From a virus (taxonomy: Duplodnaviria > Caudoviricetes), in IMG/VR virus record IMGVR_UViG_3300029305_005724, positions 159,866 to 223,865 of that record: a stretch of DNA of 64,000 bases, one strand, 5' to 3'. Of the stretch, positions 1 through 10,983 are shown piece by piece. The notes under the pieces were generated by a model that was not told the DNA's origin, searched no databases, and saw nothing but the letters and a program-made list of their open reading frames with translations. Numbering within the stretch: position 1 is the stretch's first letter; the number at the start of each line of letters is the position of its first letter. Made by a program: the position numbers and the translations under genes.

Positions 1-3000
1 TACTGTAAAGACCCGTATGAAAAAGGGTGAAGTAGTTCCTACAGGAGAAGTTGTTGAAGCAGCTAAATCTGGAGAAGATGTTGTTGATACTAATGCTCGC
101 GGAACTTATGCAACCAAGCGTGGTCTTACCATGGTATCTCCTGGCGAAATGATTATTCCTGCTTCTTTCGATCCTAGAGAGCAGCAGGCTATGGAGGCTC
201 TTGAGAGAAGAGATCGTAGAAGAATAATCAATGCTATTGGATTAAATGCTAAAGGTACTGTAAATACTGATCAAATGAAGGCAAACCTTCGTAAGATCAT
301 GGAAGAGAATAAAGGTAAAGGTGCTAGAACTGCCGCAAGTGGTATTCTTGGTGGAGCTGCTGGTCTTTTGACCGGATTCAACCCTCTACTTGGTGCTATG
401 GCAGGTGCTGGTATTTCTATTATCGAAAGTTCTGATACTCTCAAGACTGCTCTCTTTGGTAAAGAGATGGAAGATGGTACTTATAAGAAGGGCCTGATGC
501 CTAAGGGTCTTGTGGATATGTTTAAGAAATCTGGTAAAGATATGACAGATCTTGGTATAGCTGGTGGTCTATTGGGTCTTGTGACTCCTCTTGGACCTCT
601 TGGCGGTGCTATTATCGGTTCTTCTATCGGATTCTTAAAGAATAATGAAAAGTTTAAAGAATTTGTATTCGGTGACAAGGATGGTAAGGGTGGATTCTTA
701 AAGAAAGAATCCTTTGATAAGTTTAAGAAACACCTTAAGAAAGCAGCTCCTAGTATGCTTATTGGTGCTGGTGCTGGTATTCTTATGGGGCCCTTTGGTC
801 TTCTTGGTAATGCAATTATGGGTGCTGGAGTTGGATTGCTTTCTAGTACTTCTGCTTTTCATAAGTTTGTATTTGGTGATCCTGACGATCCTAAGAAGGG
901 TAGCCTTGTTGGTGCAATGAAGAGAGGTATTCTTGAACCTGCTAAAGAAAAGATTAATGAGATTCTTGAAGGATTTAAAGGATATGCTAAGAAGCATCTT
1001 CTTGAGCCTCTTAAGAATTTCTGGGAGCCTTTTAAGCAAGGTCTAAAGAATATGATAACCTCTATCGGCGATGGGGTTAAAGATGCATTTAATCGTGTTG
1101 CTGAAAAATATCTCGGAATCCCGATTCATGATTTCCTTCAGGAGAAAGTCTTCAAACCGATGACTAAGTTGTTCTTCAACATCTTGAAGTTCCCTCTTAA
1201 GATTGCTAAAGTTGCTGTAGCAGCTCCTTTCAAAGCTCTTGGTGCTATTGGCAATTCTATGAGAATGGGGCAAATCAATAAGGGTAAAGCTAGAGATATG
1301 ACAGCACAAGAGCGTCTAGACTTTAGAAAGAAGCATGGCGTTCGTAACTACTTTTCCAAAGTACGTGGTGCTGATAAGATGCAGAAACAAGACGAGTATC
1401 TTGCAAATGCTTCTCTTGAAGAACTTCAAGCAATGTCTGCTCAAGCTGGCGGAACTCTTGAAGGTCGTCAAACTGCAAGTAAAGCTGTAGTTGAAGCTAG
1501 AGGTGCGCTTGGTCGGGAAATCTCTGCATTCTTTAACGAAACAAACCCTGATGGCACATTAAGATATGATGTCACTAAGTTTAAATATGTAAAGAAGATT
1601 GCTCGCGCTGGAGCAGACGGAGATCTTGAAGAGATGCACCGTCTTATTGATGCAGAGCCTAATCTCACTCCTGTAGAAAAAGCAGATCTTAAGCAGCGTC
1701 TCGGGGCTAAAGTAGAGGCTGCTGAAGGCGCAAATGCAGAGCTTAAGAAGGCTAATGCAGATCTTAAAAAAGGCAATAAGGGACTCTCTAAAATTCTTGG
1801 TCATAAGGTTAAGGATAAGAAGGGTCTTAGAGATGTCAAGAGATCTGTAGATGCAGAAATAGCTCTTCGTACCAAAGCTGCAGAAAAAGAAAAGAAAAAG
1901 AAAGAATCAGATGCAGCAGCTGCGGCTGCAGCAGATGAAGCTTTCAAGAAAGAGCATCCTGCTGAAGCAGCTATATTAGATGCTACTAAGCAGCAGACAG
2001 ATGTTGTTTCTCAGCAATTCCAGAGTGCTAACAGCAAAATCGATGAAATCATCAAATTGATCAAGATTCAGCTTGATCCTACTGGAGAGGCTGAAAAAAC
2101 TACACCTCCTGGTAATGAAGAAGGTCAGCAGAAGGGTGTTCCGCAATTAACTGATGGAAAATCTGGAGTTCCTGCCACTATAGAAGCTCCTAAGGGACCG
2201 GCATCTTCTGAAATTGCAAAGATTGCAGATGCTGCTGGAGAAAAAGCGGAGAAAGAAGAAGCACAGCAAGACGTTATAGCTGCTGAAGCAGCTGGGGTCG
2301 ATGGATCTGCCAAGCCTACTCTTGTCCAGAGAATGCTTAATAAAGCAAAAGGCAGTAAAGTTGGTCAAGCAGTTACAGGCTTTGCTTCTAAATTTATTCC
2401 TCATCATGATGAAGACTCTAAGGAAGCTACTGAAGCTAGACAAGCTGCAGAGCAAGAAGAGGCTGAAGAGGATGAGAATGATGCCAATACCAGAGAATCT
2501 GCAACATGGCTTCAACGTATTGGCGAAGGCTTAGGATTCGGCAAGAAGAAGAAAGGCAAAGATGATGAAGAGGGAGGTGGCTTCCTTGGAAAGATCTTTG
2601 GCGGCATTGGTAAAGGTATTAAGGGTATCTTTAGTTTCCTTACTGGTGGTCTTGGAACTACTGCTGGCAAGATAGCTCTTGCAGCCGGAGGACTTTCACT
2701 TCTTGGATGGGGTTCTGAATGGATTAAAACATCCGTATGGCCTAAATTAAAATCTTTCCTATTTGGAGAGAAAGATGCTGATGGTAACGTTGTAAAGAAT
2801 GGTCTTCTTGGTGGCCTTGGTGATAAGATGAAACAAATCTTCTTAGGCACTGGTGGTGTTGTTGAGAAGATCGGAGGATTCTTTACCAAGATCAAAGATT
2901 GGTATGAAGGTAAGGGTGGAATTTCTGGCATTCTTGTAAATGACGTTGTTCCTAAGATTATTGCCGGTTGGGGTCTTGCAATGGATAATATTGTAACTCC

Positions 3001-6000
3001 TCTTGTAGCAATACTAATCAAGAACTTGCCTAGCATGTTCCTTGGTCTTGTAAAGGGCGTTATTAATGGTATTAAAATTGCAGTACTTAATAAGGGTATT
3101 GTAAGAGAAAAGAATACTACAATTGACACGGGTAATGCACTTAAAGAGCTTAATGGTGGTGTTGCAAATTCCAATGCTATGTATAATGCTCTTGGAGATG
3201 CTAAAGGATCTGTGAAAAACATGTTCAGTACAGCTAAGAGCTCTGCCGCATATACTGCAAATAAGGCTGCTGAAATCAATTATGGCTCATTGTTTGGCGT
3301 AAATGATGCTAAAGCAGATGAAACTTATGATGCAAATGGCAATAAGCTTAATAAGTCTGGACAGGATATAATGTATGAGGATGGTTTCCTCGGTTCTAAG
3401 AAATCAACTAATCAGCTTTATTATGATGAAAATGGTAATATAGCAATAGATCAGTATGATACTTGGAATACAACCGATAGTCTTGCAAGTAAAGGTGCTA
3501 AGGTTGCCGGTAGAGGATTCCTGCATGGACTTCTTGGACGTAAGAATCCTATATTTACAGCTCTTGGTAAAATTAGCGGCAAGGGTATTGGAAAAGGTAC
3601 AGCTAAAGTTGTTACTGGCGGTATGGGCAAAGCCGCTAAATGGTCTGGAAAGATCTTTGGTGGATCGAATAAGCTTGGTCAGAAATTAAATAGCTGGATG
3701 ACAAATACTCCTGTATATACGGCTGATGAAGTTGCTAAGGCTTTTGGAACATCTGCTGATGATATTGCAAAAGCTATGGGCAAGAAGGCCGGATATAGTG
3801 CCGATGATATTGCCAAAGCATTTGGATCTAATGTCGATGACGTTGGTAAATTTATGGCTAAGAATGCCGATGACGTTGTAGAAGGCGCTGCTAAGTCTGC
3901 AACTAAGAGCAAAGGTGTTCTTAGTAAGATTAAAGATAAAATATTCGGCAAAGCTGGTAAAGAAGCTGCCGAAACTGCAGCTACGAAAACTGGTTCTAAG
4001 GTGGCCAAAGAAGTAGTTGAAGAAACTGCTGAAAAGGTCGTTAAGAATGCAGATGATGTAGCTAAGCATGGCCCTAAGATTATTGCTAAGATTAAGAATT
4101 TCTTTACTGAAATTGCTGGCAATAGTAAAATTATCGGATTCATTAAGAAGGCTTGTAAGAAGGCCGGTACTGATGATGGAGTTATTAAGAAAGCTCTTAG
4201 TGCAATTGCTGATAAGATTGGTAAAGTTGCTACAAAGATTGGTAAATCTGGTGTTGGTAAGCTTGCTGGTAAATTAGCTAAGTGTATTCCTTATTTGAAT
4301 ATAGCTCTTTATGTAGCAGACTTCTTATGGGGTTATAACAATGCTGATACAATTCTTGGCGTTGCTAAAGGAGATGAATCTTTTAAGGTTGGATTTGGCC
4401 ATAAGGTTCTTTGTGGTTTGTTACATCTTATAACTACCAACTTAACCTTTGGACTAGTTCCTACAGAGACTCTAGTTGATATTATTGTCGAATTCTTGTT
4501 CCCGCTCTTTGGTCTTAGTGCTGACGAGCTTATGGCAGCAAGAGAGCGTGCAGATGATATCATGGATGCTTGGAATGAAGCTCATCCTGATGATACGTAT
4601 ACTAACCTTGAAGACTTTAATAACAAAGACAAGTGGTGGTTTAAAGCTAAGAAAGCTGTTAAGGGTGCTCTTGGCAAAGCCGGAACTTGGATCAAAGATA
4701 CAGCAGGAAAAGCATGGTCTGGAATAAAATCCGGTGCTTCTACTGCATGGGAATGGGCTAAAGAAAAGGCTAGCAATGTTTGGGAGGGCGTAACAAGCTT
4801 CTTCTCTAACGTTGGCAGCACATTTGGCAAACTCTTTGATGGATTCAAAGATACTTTCTCTGCCATTGGAAAAGGAATCGGAAAAGTTCTATCCTTTGCA
4901 TGGAAGGGAGATCTTAAGGGAGCATATAAATATTCTGTAGAGGAAAACAAGGAATCCCCTGTAACCTCTAAGATTGCGAATATTATACTTGGAATCGGAA
5001 AAGTATTCTATACTCCTGTAATCCTTATAACTTCTCTCGTAGGTAAAATTAAAGATGTATTCGTCAAACTCTTTGATGCTGCTAAACAGGTAATACCTGC
5101 TGTTGGTCAAGGAATGGCAGATACATTTAAGGGAGCTTGGAAGGGCGAATTCTGTAAGGGTCAGATTAAATCTACCGGAAATGAAATGCTCGATAAAGTT
5201 TCTAATGCAATTCTCTTTGTCGGAAAGATCGTTACGCTTCCTGTACAATTTGGTGCATTCCTAATTGGTAAGGTTGTTGGAGCTGTTAAGAAGGTAATAG
5301 ATGCTGCAAAGAATGTATTACCTAACGTTGGCCAGGGAATGGCTGATACTCTTAAGAAAGCTTGGAATGGAGAATTCTGTCAAGGACAAATTAAGCCTAC
5401 TGGCAACGATATGCTTGATAAGGTTTCTGAAGCTATACTTACTGTCGGAAAGATCGTTACGCTTCCTGTACAGTTCGGTGCATTTGCTATCGGCAGTGTA
5501 GTAAGAGGAGTCAAGAAAGTTATTGACGTTGCTAAGGAAATCGTTCCTAATATTGCCTCTGGTACAGGACAACTATTTGCAGCTGCTTGGAAGGGTGAAG
5601 ATGCTGATGTTCAACTTAAATCGACCGATAATGATCTTCTGGATAAGATTCAGAATGTAGTATTCGGTATAGTTAAAGTTGTAACATTTGTACCTAGAAC
5701 TCTAACTTATGCTGTAGGTCGTGTAGTAGATGGTGTTAAAGCAGTTATCAATGCTGCTAAAGTCATAGTTCCTAATGTAGCCAAGGGTACTGGACAATTG
5801 TTCAAGGATGCTTGGAAGGGTGAGGATAATGGCGGTGAGCTTGAAAGTACTGGAAATGATCTTCTGGATAAGATTCAGAATGTTGTCTTTGGTATTGTAA
5901 AGGTCGTAACATTTGTACCTAGAACTCTAACTTATGCAGTTGGAAGGGTTGTAGATGGAGTAAAAGCAGTTATCGATGCTGCTAAGAAAATTATTCCTAA

Positions 6001-9000
6001 TGTAGCAACTGGTACAAAGAATTTGTTTGTAAGTGCATGGAAGGGTGAAGATAATAATTCTACATTGCCTTCTACAGGAAATGATCTGCTCGATAAGATT
6101 CAAAATGTGGTATTTGGCATTGTCAAAGTTGTCACGTTTGTTCCTCGTACGTTAACCTATGCGGTTGGTCGTGTAGTAGATGCAGTCAAATCCGTAATTA
6201 ATGCTGCTAAGCTTATTATACCTAATATTGCAAAAGGTACTGGAGACTTATTTGTTTCGGCTTGGAAGGGTCAAGAGAATAATAGCGAGCTTCCTAGTAC
6301 AGGAAATGAGTTGCTTGACAAAATTCAAGGCGGTATCTTTGGGGTAGTTAAGGTGATGACATTCGTACCTAGAACTTTAACCTATGCTGTAGGTAGAGTT
6401 GTAGATGCTGTTAAGTCTGTTATCAATGCAGCTAAACTCATTATACCCAACGTTGCTAAGGGTACTGGGCAGCTATTTGTAGATGCTTGGAAGGGTCAAG
6501 AGAATAATAGCGAGCTTCCTAGTACAGGAAATGAGCTTCTTGATAAGATTCAGGGTGGTATCTTTGGAGTTGTTAAGGTTATGACCTTCGTTCCTAGAAC
6601 CTTGACTTATGCGGTTGGTCGTGTAGTAGATGCTGTTAAAGCGGTAATTGATGGATCTAAAAAGATTATTCCTAATATCGCTACTGGAACGGGTAACTTG
6701 TTCAAAGATGCATGGAAAGGTGAAGATAATGATCGCACTCTACCTAGCACTGGTACAGATTTGCTCGATAAAATCCAGAATGGTATCTTTGGTGTAGTTA
6801 AGGTAATCACATTTATTCCTAGAACTCTAACTTATGCAGTCGGAAGAGTTGTCGATGCTGTTAAGACAGTTATAGATGGAGCTAAGAAGATTATTCCTAA
6901 TATTCTTTCTGGAACTGGTAATTTGTTTACAAGTGCTTGGAAGGGTGAAGAATCTGATGAAAGTCTACCTACAACTGGAGTTGATCTGCTCGATAAGATT
7001 CAGAACGTAATATTTGGAGTTGTTAAGGTGGTTATGTTTGTTCCTCGTACGTTAACCTATGCTGTTGGACGTGTAGTCGATACAGTTAAGGGATTCATCG
7101 ATGGATCTAAACTAATATTCCCTAAAGTCGGATCTGCATTTGGCACTTTATTTACTAAGGCTTGGGCGGGAGAAGAGCTTCCGAGTAAAGTTGAATCTAC
7201 AGGCAATAGTACTTGTGATACAATTGCTAATGTAATATTTAATATCGGTAAAGTTCTTATGACACCTGTAACTCTTGTTATACAGGCTATTGGAAAGATT
7301 AAAGAAGGAATCACAACAGCAATCCAAAAGGTAAAAGATGGATTCACTTTCAAAGATCTTACTAGTGGAATTACAGAAGCCGCATCAAATCTTGGAGAAA
7401 AGATTAAAAGTGGTATTAGTGGTGCATGGGATAAAATATCTGGAGCATTTAGTAGTGCTTGGGATACCGTAAAAGGTTGGTTTTCTTCTAATGCATCTGA
7501 TGATGCTGCAAAAATGCGTGCCCATTATGGCTTAGGGCATAAATATCAGTCTGGACCTGAACTTGCTGGAATGCCTTATGGCGACAGTACAATAGGTAAA
7601 GCTGGATGTGGTCCTGTAGCCGCTACAAATGCTATTAATCGTCTTCGTGGCGCAGGCTCTATGTCTGTAAGAAAAGCTGCAGATTATGCTGAAGACAAAG
7701 GTATGACAATTCCTGGAGGAGGTACCGATATAGGTTACTTTAAATCCTTCTTGAATTCTCAGAATATTGATGCTACGAATACGACAAATAGAGGCGCTAT
7801 AATGGAAGCTCTTAAGAATGGACAGCAGGTAATTATGCTTGGACAGGATAAGACTAACAAACATGGTGCAACATTTGGAACTACTCCTCATTTCGTAACT
7901 GCTATTGGTCTTGATGCGAATGGTAATATTGTTGTCGAGGATCCTGATATGCCTCAGAGCTCTCTTGTTTACAAGAAAGATAAGGTATTGAATTCTATGA
8001 TGACTTCTACCATTGTTAGCGGTAAGGGCCGTGGACGCTATGGATTAGGTGATGGGGAAAACGGTGAAGAAGAAGGAAGAAAGACGAGCTTCAATGCTCT
8101 TATGTCTAGTTTCGGTTCTCTTACCAGTTCTCTTGTAAAGTCGATGTTTGGAGAAGATGCATATAATGCTATCTCTGGATCGACAAGCGAAGCAGAGTTT
8201 GAAAACCCTGAAATCGCTGCAAAACTTTGGAAGTATTTGAGATCTAAAGGTTTCTCTGAACATGGTGCTGCTGGTATTATGGGTAATATCTATAATAGCT
8301 CCAAGTTTAAGACTGCAAACCTTGAAGATTCTAAGGAAGAAGATCTTGGTACTGACGTTGGTTATACTTACATGGTCGACAGAGGTCAGAAGACTAGGGA
8401 GCAGTTTGCTACTGATGGTTCTGGCTATGGTATGACAATGTGGCATTCAGCAAATAGAAAACGTAAGCTCTATGATGCTACTGTTAAGAAGGGTGCTTCT
8501 ATCGGAGATCTTGATGCTCAGATGAAGTTCCTTGTCGATAACATGAAATCCGAAAGATCTAGTCTATATTCTGCACTTCGTGGTTCTACTGATCATGCTG
8601 CTGCTTCTGATGCATATCTTAAGCAGTATCATATGGATGATAAAACTGATGAATCGCTTGATTATGAGACTCCTAAGGGTTATGCTGCTACAATCTACGA
8701 TACTTATCATGGATCGGCTCATAATGCTGACTTTAAGAAGAATGCTGGACGTGCTAGAGATGCTCTGAATTCTTATGAGACAGAGGATGCTAGAACAAGC
8801 AGGATTATGACATCGGCTGGTAGAGCTAATGCTATGGCTAAGACTGTTGATTATGCGACATTCTTGCAGACAATTGTAACTCTTCTTATGAATATTTCTG
8901 ATAATAGTGCTCTGCTTGTTAAGATACTTGATATCTTATCTAGCAAGTTCAATATCGATATTGATCCTGAAGAGGTGAATAAAGCTGCTAATCAAGGAAA

Positions 9001-9133
9001 GGCTAGAACTGAAAGAGCTCTTGCTGATCTTATAAAGAAAGGCGGCGGCGATGCTGGAAGCGTCTCTAAGATGCTGAATGGCTCGGATAATGAATATATC
9101 CTCACAGCAATGGCTGCAATCGCTAAAGAATAA
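1..9133 (+). CDS. Giant tape-measure-like virion protein with C-terminal C39-like peptidase and phage tail lysozyme-like domains (probably 5'-truncated)
   Basis: Frame is open to the window edge; >3038 aa. Contains Gly-zipper TM-like repeats, 11-residue Trp periodicity and 75-aa tandem repeats. QxxxxxxGMPYG..IGKAGCGP..H motif is C39-like; LWKYLRSKGFSEHGAAGIMGNI is Phage_lysozyme2-like. Confidence 0.75.
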   Translation, partial: TVKTRMKKGEVVPTGEVVEAAKSGEDVVDTNARGTYATKRGLTMVSPGEMIIPASFDPREQQAMEALERRDRRRIINAIGLNAKGTVNTDQMKANLRKIMEENKGKGARTAASGILGGAAGLLTGFNPLLGAMAGAGISIIESSDTLKTALFGKEMEDGTYKKGLMPKGLVDMFKKSGKDMTDLGIAGGLLGLVTPLGPLGGAIIGSSIGFLKNNEKFKEFVFGDKDGKGGFLKKESFDKFKKHLKKAAPSMLIGAGAGILMGPFGLLGNAIMGAGVGLLSSTSAFHKFVFGDPDDPKKGSLVGAMKRGILEPAKEKINEILEGFKGYAKKHLLEPLKNFWEPFKQGLKNMITSIGDGVKDAFNRVAEKYLGIPIHDFLQEKVFKPMTKLFFNILKFPLKIAKVAVAAPFKALGAIGNSMRMGQINKGKARDMTAQERLDFRKKHGVRNYFSKVRGADKMQKQDEYLANASLEELQAMSAQAGGTLEGRQTASKAVVEARGALGREISAFFNETNPDGTLRYDVTKFKYVKKIARAGADGDLEEMHRLIDAEPNLTPVEKADLKQRLGAKVEAAEGANAELKKANADLKKGNKGLSKILGHKVKDKKGLRDVKRSVDAEIALRTKAAEKEKKKKESDAAAAAAADEAFKKEHPAEAAILDATKQQTDVVSQQFQSANSKIDEIIKLIKIQLDPTGEAEKTTPPGNEEGQQKGVPQLTDGKSGVPATIEAPKGPASSEIAKIADAAGEKAEKEEAQQDVIAAEAAGVDGSAKPTLVQRMLNKAKGSKVGQAVTGFASKFIPHHDEDSKEATEARQAAEQEEAEEDENDANTRESATWLQRIGEGLGFGKKKKGKDDEEGGGFLGKIFGGIGKGIKGIFSFLTGGLGTTAGKIALAAGGLSLLGWGSEWIKTSVWPKLKSFLFGEKDADGNVVKNGLLGGLGDKMKQIFLGTGGVVEKIGGFFTKIKDWYEGKGGISGILVNDVVPKIIAGWGLAMDNIVTPLVAILIKNLPSMFLGLVKGVINGIKIAVLNKGIVREKNTTIDTGNALKELNGGVANSNAMYNALGDAKGSVKNMFSTAKSSAAYTANKAAEINYGSLFGVNDAKADETYDANGNKLNKSGQDIMYEDGFLGSKKSTNQLYYDENGNIAIDQYDTWNTTDSLASKGAKVAGRGFLHGLLGRKNPIFTALGKISGKGIGKGTAKVVTGGMGKAAKWSGKIFGGSNKLGQKLNSWMTNTPVYTADEVAKAFGTSADDIAKAMGKKAGYSADDIAKAFGSNVDDVGKFMAKNADDVVEGAAKSATKSKGVLSKIKDKIFGKAGKEAAETAATKTGSKVAKEVVEETAEKVVKNADDVAKHGPKIIAKIKNFFTEIAGNSKIIGFIKKACKKAGTDDGVIKKALSAIADKIGKVATKIGKSGVGKLAGKLAKCIPYLNIALYVADFLWGYNNADTILGVAKGDESFKVGFGHKVLCGLLHLITTNLTFGLVPTETLVDIIVEFLFPLFGLSADELMAARERADDIMDAWNEAHPDDTYTNLEDFNNKDKWWFKAKKAVKGALGKAGTWIKDTAGKAWSGIKSGASTAWEWAKEKASNVWEGVTSFFSNVGSTFGKLFDGFKDTFSAIGKGIGKVLSFAWKGDLKGAYKYSVEENKESPVTSKIANIILGIGKVFYTPVILITSLVGKIKDVFVKLFDAAKQVIPAVGQGMADTFKGAWKGEFCKGQIKSTGNEMLDKVSNAILFVGKIVTLPVQFGAFLIGKVVGAVKKVIDAAKNVLPNVGQGMADTLKKAWNGEFCQGQIKPTGNDMLDKVSEAILTVGKIVTLPVQFGAFAIGSVVRGVKKVIDVAKEIVPNIASGTGQLFAAAWKGEDADVQLKSTDNDLLDKIQNVVFGIVKVVTFVPRTLTYAVGRVVDGVKAVINAAKVIVPNVAKGTGQLFKDAWKGEDNGGELESTGNDLLDKIQNVVFGIVKVVTFVPRTLTYAVGRVVDGVKAVIDAAKKIIPNVATGTKNLFVSAWKGEDNNSTLPSTGNDLLDKIQNVVFGIVKVVTFVPRTLTYAVGRVVDAVKSVINAAKLIIPNIAKGTGDLFVSAWKGQENNSELPSTGNELLDKIQGGIFGVVKVMTFVPRTLTYAVGRVVDAVKSVINAAKLIIPNVAKGTGQLFVDAWKGQENNSELPSTGNELLDKIQGGIFGVVKVMTFVPRTLTYAVGRVVDAVKAVIDGSKKIIPNIATGTGNLFKDAWKGEDNDRTLPSTGTDLLDKIQNGIFGVVKVITFIPRTLTYAVGRVVDAVKTVIDGAKKIIPNILSGTGNLFTSAWKGEESDESLPTTGVDLLDKIQNVIFGVVKVVMFVPRTLTYAVGRVVDTVKGFIDGSKLIFPKVGSAFGTLFTKAWAGEELPSKVESTGNSTCDTIANVIFNIGKVLMTPVTLVIQAIGKIKEGITTAIQKVKDGFTFKDLTSGITEAASNLGEKIKSGISGAWDKISGAFSSAWDTVKGWFSSNASDDAAKMRAHYGLGHKYQSGPELAGMPYGDSTIGKAGCGPVAATNAINRLRGAGSMSVRKAADYAEDKGMTIPGGGTDIGYFKSFLNSQNIDATNTTNRGAIMEALKNGQQVIMLGQDKTNKHGATFGTTPHFVTAIGLDANGNIVVEDPDMPQSSLVYKKDKVLNSMMTSTIVSGKGRGRYGLGDGENGEEEGRKTSFNALMSSFGSLTSSLVKSMFGEDAYNAISGSTSEAEFENPEIAAKLWKYLRSKGFSEHGAAGIMGNIYNSSKFKTANLEDSKEEDLGTDVGYTYMVDRGQKTREQFATDGSGYGMTMWHSANRKRKLYDATVKKGASIGDLDAQMKFLVDNMKSERSSLYSALRGSTDHAAASDAYLKQYHMDDKTDESLDYETPKGYAATIYDTYHGSAHNADFKKNAGRARDALNSYETEDARTSRIMTSAGRANAMAKTVDYATFLQTIVTLLMNISDNSALLVKILDILSSKFNIDIDPEEVNKAANQGKARTERALADLIKKGGGDAGSVSKMLNGSDNEYILTAMAAIAKE
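4860..7330 (+). repeat. About 11 tandem coding repeats of 74-75 aa (222-225 nt)
   Basis: AWKG motif recurs at about 4900, 5137, 5360, 5585, 5810, 6035, 6260, 6485, 6710, 6935 and 7160. The central units (DKIQ..FG.VKV.TFVPRTLTYAVGRVVD) are near identical. Confidence 0.95.
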
Positions 9134-9144
9134 CTAAAATGAAG

Positions 9145-9174
9145 GTTGGAAGGGTCATTTTAGACCCTTCCAAC
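9145..9174 (+). terminator. Hairpin after the giant gene, overlapping the next late promoter
   Basis: GTTGGAAGGGTC-ATTTTA-GACCCTTCCAAC; AACT-N6-TA at 9172-9183. Confidence 0.65.
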
Positions 9175-9219
9175 TATATATTAATTGAATAGAAAATATT
9201 GAATAGGAGGTAACAGTAA

Positions 9220-10893
9220 ATGGCTAAGAATTCAACTTGGACTGTAACATCTTCTTCTATTTATATAAGATCTGGGTATAGTGAGACTTCTTTAGTTAGA
9301 GGAGCTCTATCCCAAGGAAAAGTTATTATTGAACAAGAATCAAAAGAAATTGATGGATCTTTATGGATCAAGCATTCAGAAGGATGGTCTTTAGCATATA
9401 CTGCTGAAGAGACTTATATGGAAATGGGTGCGCCAAGAATAATGATGCGAGCTGCTTCTTCTGGAGGATCTGCTGATGAAAGTAGCGGATATCTTCCTTC
9501 TACTTCAGATATTCTTGCAAGCCAAAATACTAATATAAATAACTCTGAATTTGTAAAGATTAAGCATGTGGCCGGTGTTTTTGGTCTGCCCTATCAATTT
9601 CTTCCAAACACTGACCCACGTCTCGATGGTTCAAGCTCTACAGAAAACATTGGTTATGAATATGGAGAAAGAATTATTGAGCGAATACCATTACTCTTCA
9701 TAGCCCCAGGAAAAGCGAATTTCATGAGTAAATATTCTGAAAGTTCTAAGAAAAATATTCTTAGTAAATTGATCAATGCTGGTGCCGGAAATCAGACCGG
9801 GAGTATTGATGATTTGCTTAAAGGAGCTGGGCGTTATTATACTTTTGAATATAATCCTAAACGCTATTATAAATTTGTCAACCCAATGTGCAGAGCTGCT
9901 GCAATTTTTCTAGGTATTGGAGATGTCTATCTTAATGGCACAAAAATTAGAAATATGAACTGGGAAACATATACAAAAACTGGTTTGAAATCTATTGCTG
10001 ATTTTGGTACATATACTTCTATACCTTTTTATATGGATACAGATACTTCTGTAAGTGAAAGTTATAGTAATAGCACAACACAGTCTATGATAGCTGGAAC
10101 AATTAATCAGGTATCTGATATGGGTAGAGAGATTAATTTCCTTCTTGGATATGGTTCATCTGCTATTAATCTGAATGCTCTCAATGATGCTGATGTCGCA
10201 TCTAATATCGAAAATGTAACCGATACTGTAAATAAGCTTCTTGGAAAAGGAAACTTCCTTAGCAATCTTTCCAATCATCTTGTTACAGTTGCTAGTGGTG
10301 GTAAACTTACTTTCCCAGAAATATGGTCTGATTCCTCTTTCTCTAGAGAATATAGCTGTAAATTTAAGTTTATAGCTCCAGACCCTTCAAAACTTAGTGT
10401 CTATCTTAATGTAATAGTACCCCTATTACATCTACTTGCACTTGTAGCACCTCAGACGGTTGAGGCAAATCCAAATGGATATACAAACCCATTCCTAGTT
10501 AGAGCTATCTATAAAGGATTCTTTAATGTAGATATGGGAATTATTACAAGTATGAGTGTAAATAAAGGTGCCGAATGTCAATGGACTCCTGATGGAATTC
10601 CTACGTCTATCGAAGTAGATATTTCTATCAAGGATCTTTATTCTGCAATGTCCGTTACTGCAACAAATTCTACTTCATGGAAGTATGATACCTTAAATAA
10701 TACTGCATTAATGGATTATTTGGCTAACCTTTGCGGTATTAATATATATAAACCTGAAATTACTCGTATGATTGATATGTGGTATACATTGAATGTCTCT
10801 AGTAGACTTCAAGACTTCTTCCAAATTGATATATGGGGAGGAATTCAGGAAAAGGTTCAAAATTTGGTTATGGGTATCTATAGAGGGGATTAA
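9220..10893 (+). CDS. Putative virion tail/baseplate structural protein with SH3b-like N-terminus
   Basis: GGAGG RBS and late promoter; N-terminal IYIRSGYS..W SH3-like segment; directly follows the tape-measure-like gene. Confidence 0.55.
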   Translation: MAKNSTWTVTSSSIYIRSGYSETSLVRGALSQGKVIIEQESKEIDGSLWIKHSEGWSLAYTAEETYMEMGAPRIMMRAASSGGSADESSGYLPSTSDILASQNTNINNSEFVKIKHVAGVFGLPYQFLPNTDPRLDGSSSTENIGYEYGERIIERIPLLFIAPGKANFMSKYSESSKKNILSKLINAGAGNQTGSIDDLLKGAGRYYTFEYNPKRYYKFVNPMCRAAAIFLGIGDVYLNGTKIRNMNWETYTKTGLKSIADFGTYTSIPFYMDTDTSVSESYSNSTTQSMIAGTINQVSDMGREINFLLGYGSSAINLNALNDADVASNIENVTDTVNKLLGKGNFLSNLSNHLVTVASGGKLTFPEIWSDSSFSREYSCKFKFIAPDPSKLSVYLNVIVPLLHLLALVAPQTVEANPNGYTNPFLVRAIYKGFFNVDMGIITSMSVNKGAECQWTPDGIPTSIEVDISIKDLYSAMSVTATNSTSWKYDTLNNTALMDYLANLCGINIYKPEITRMIDMWYTLNVSSRLQDFFQIDIWGGIQEKVQNLVMGIYRGD

Positions 10894-10983
10894 GTGTAAA
10901 ATTCTATACATCCCGAAACATATCAATGAGGATACAGGGTTATTCCTGTATCCTCAAAATCTTATAAAAGTTGGTGAAGATGA

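Noticed and set aside
4860-7330. CRISPR array or DGR repeat
   Set aside because: These are in-frame coding repeats with synonymous divergence; there are no spacers or reverse transcriptase in the window
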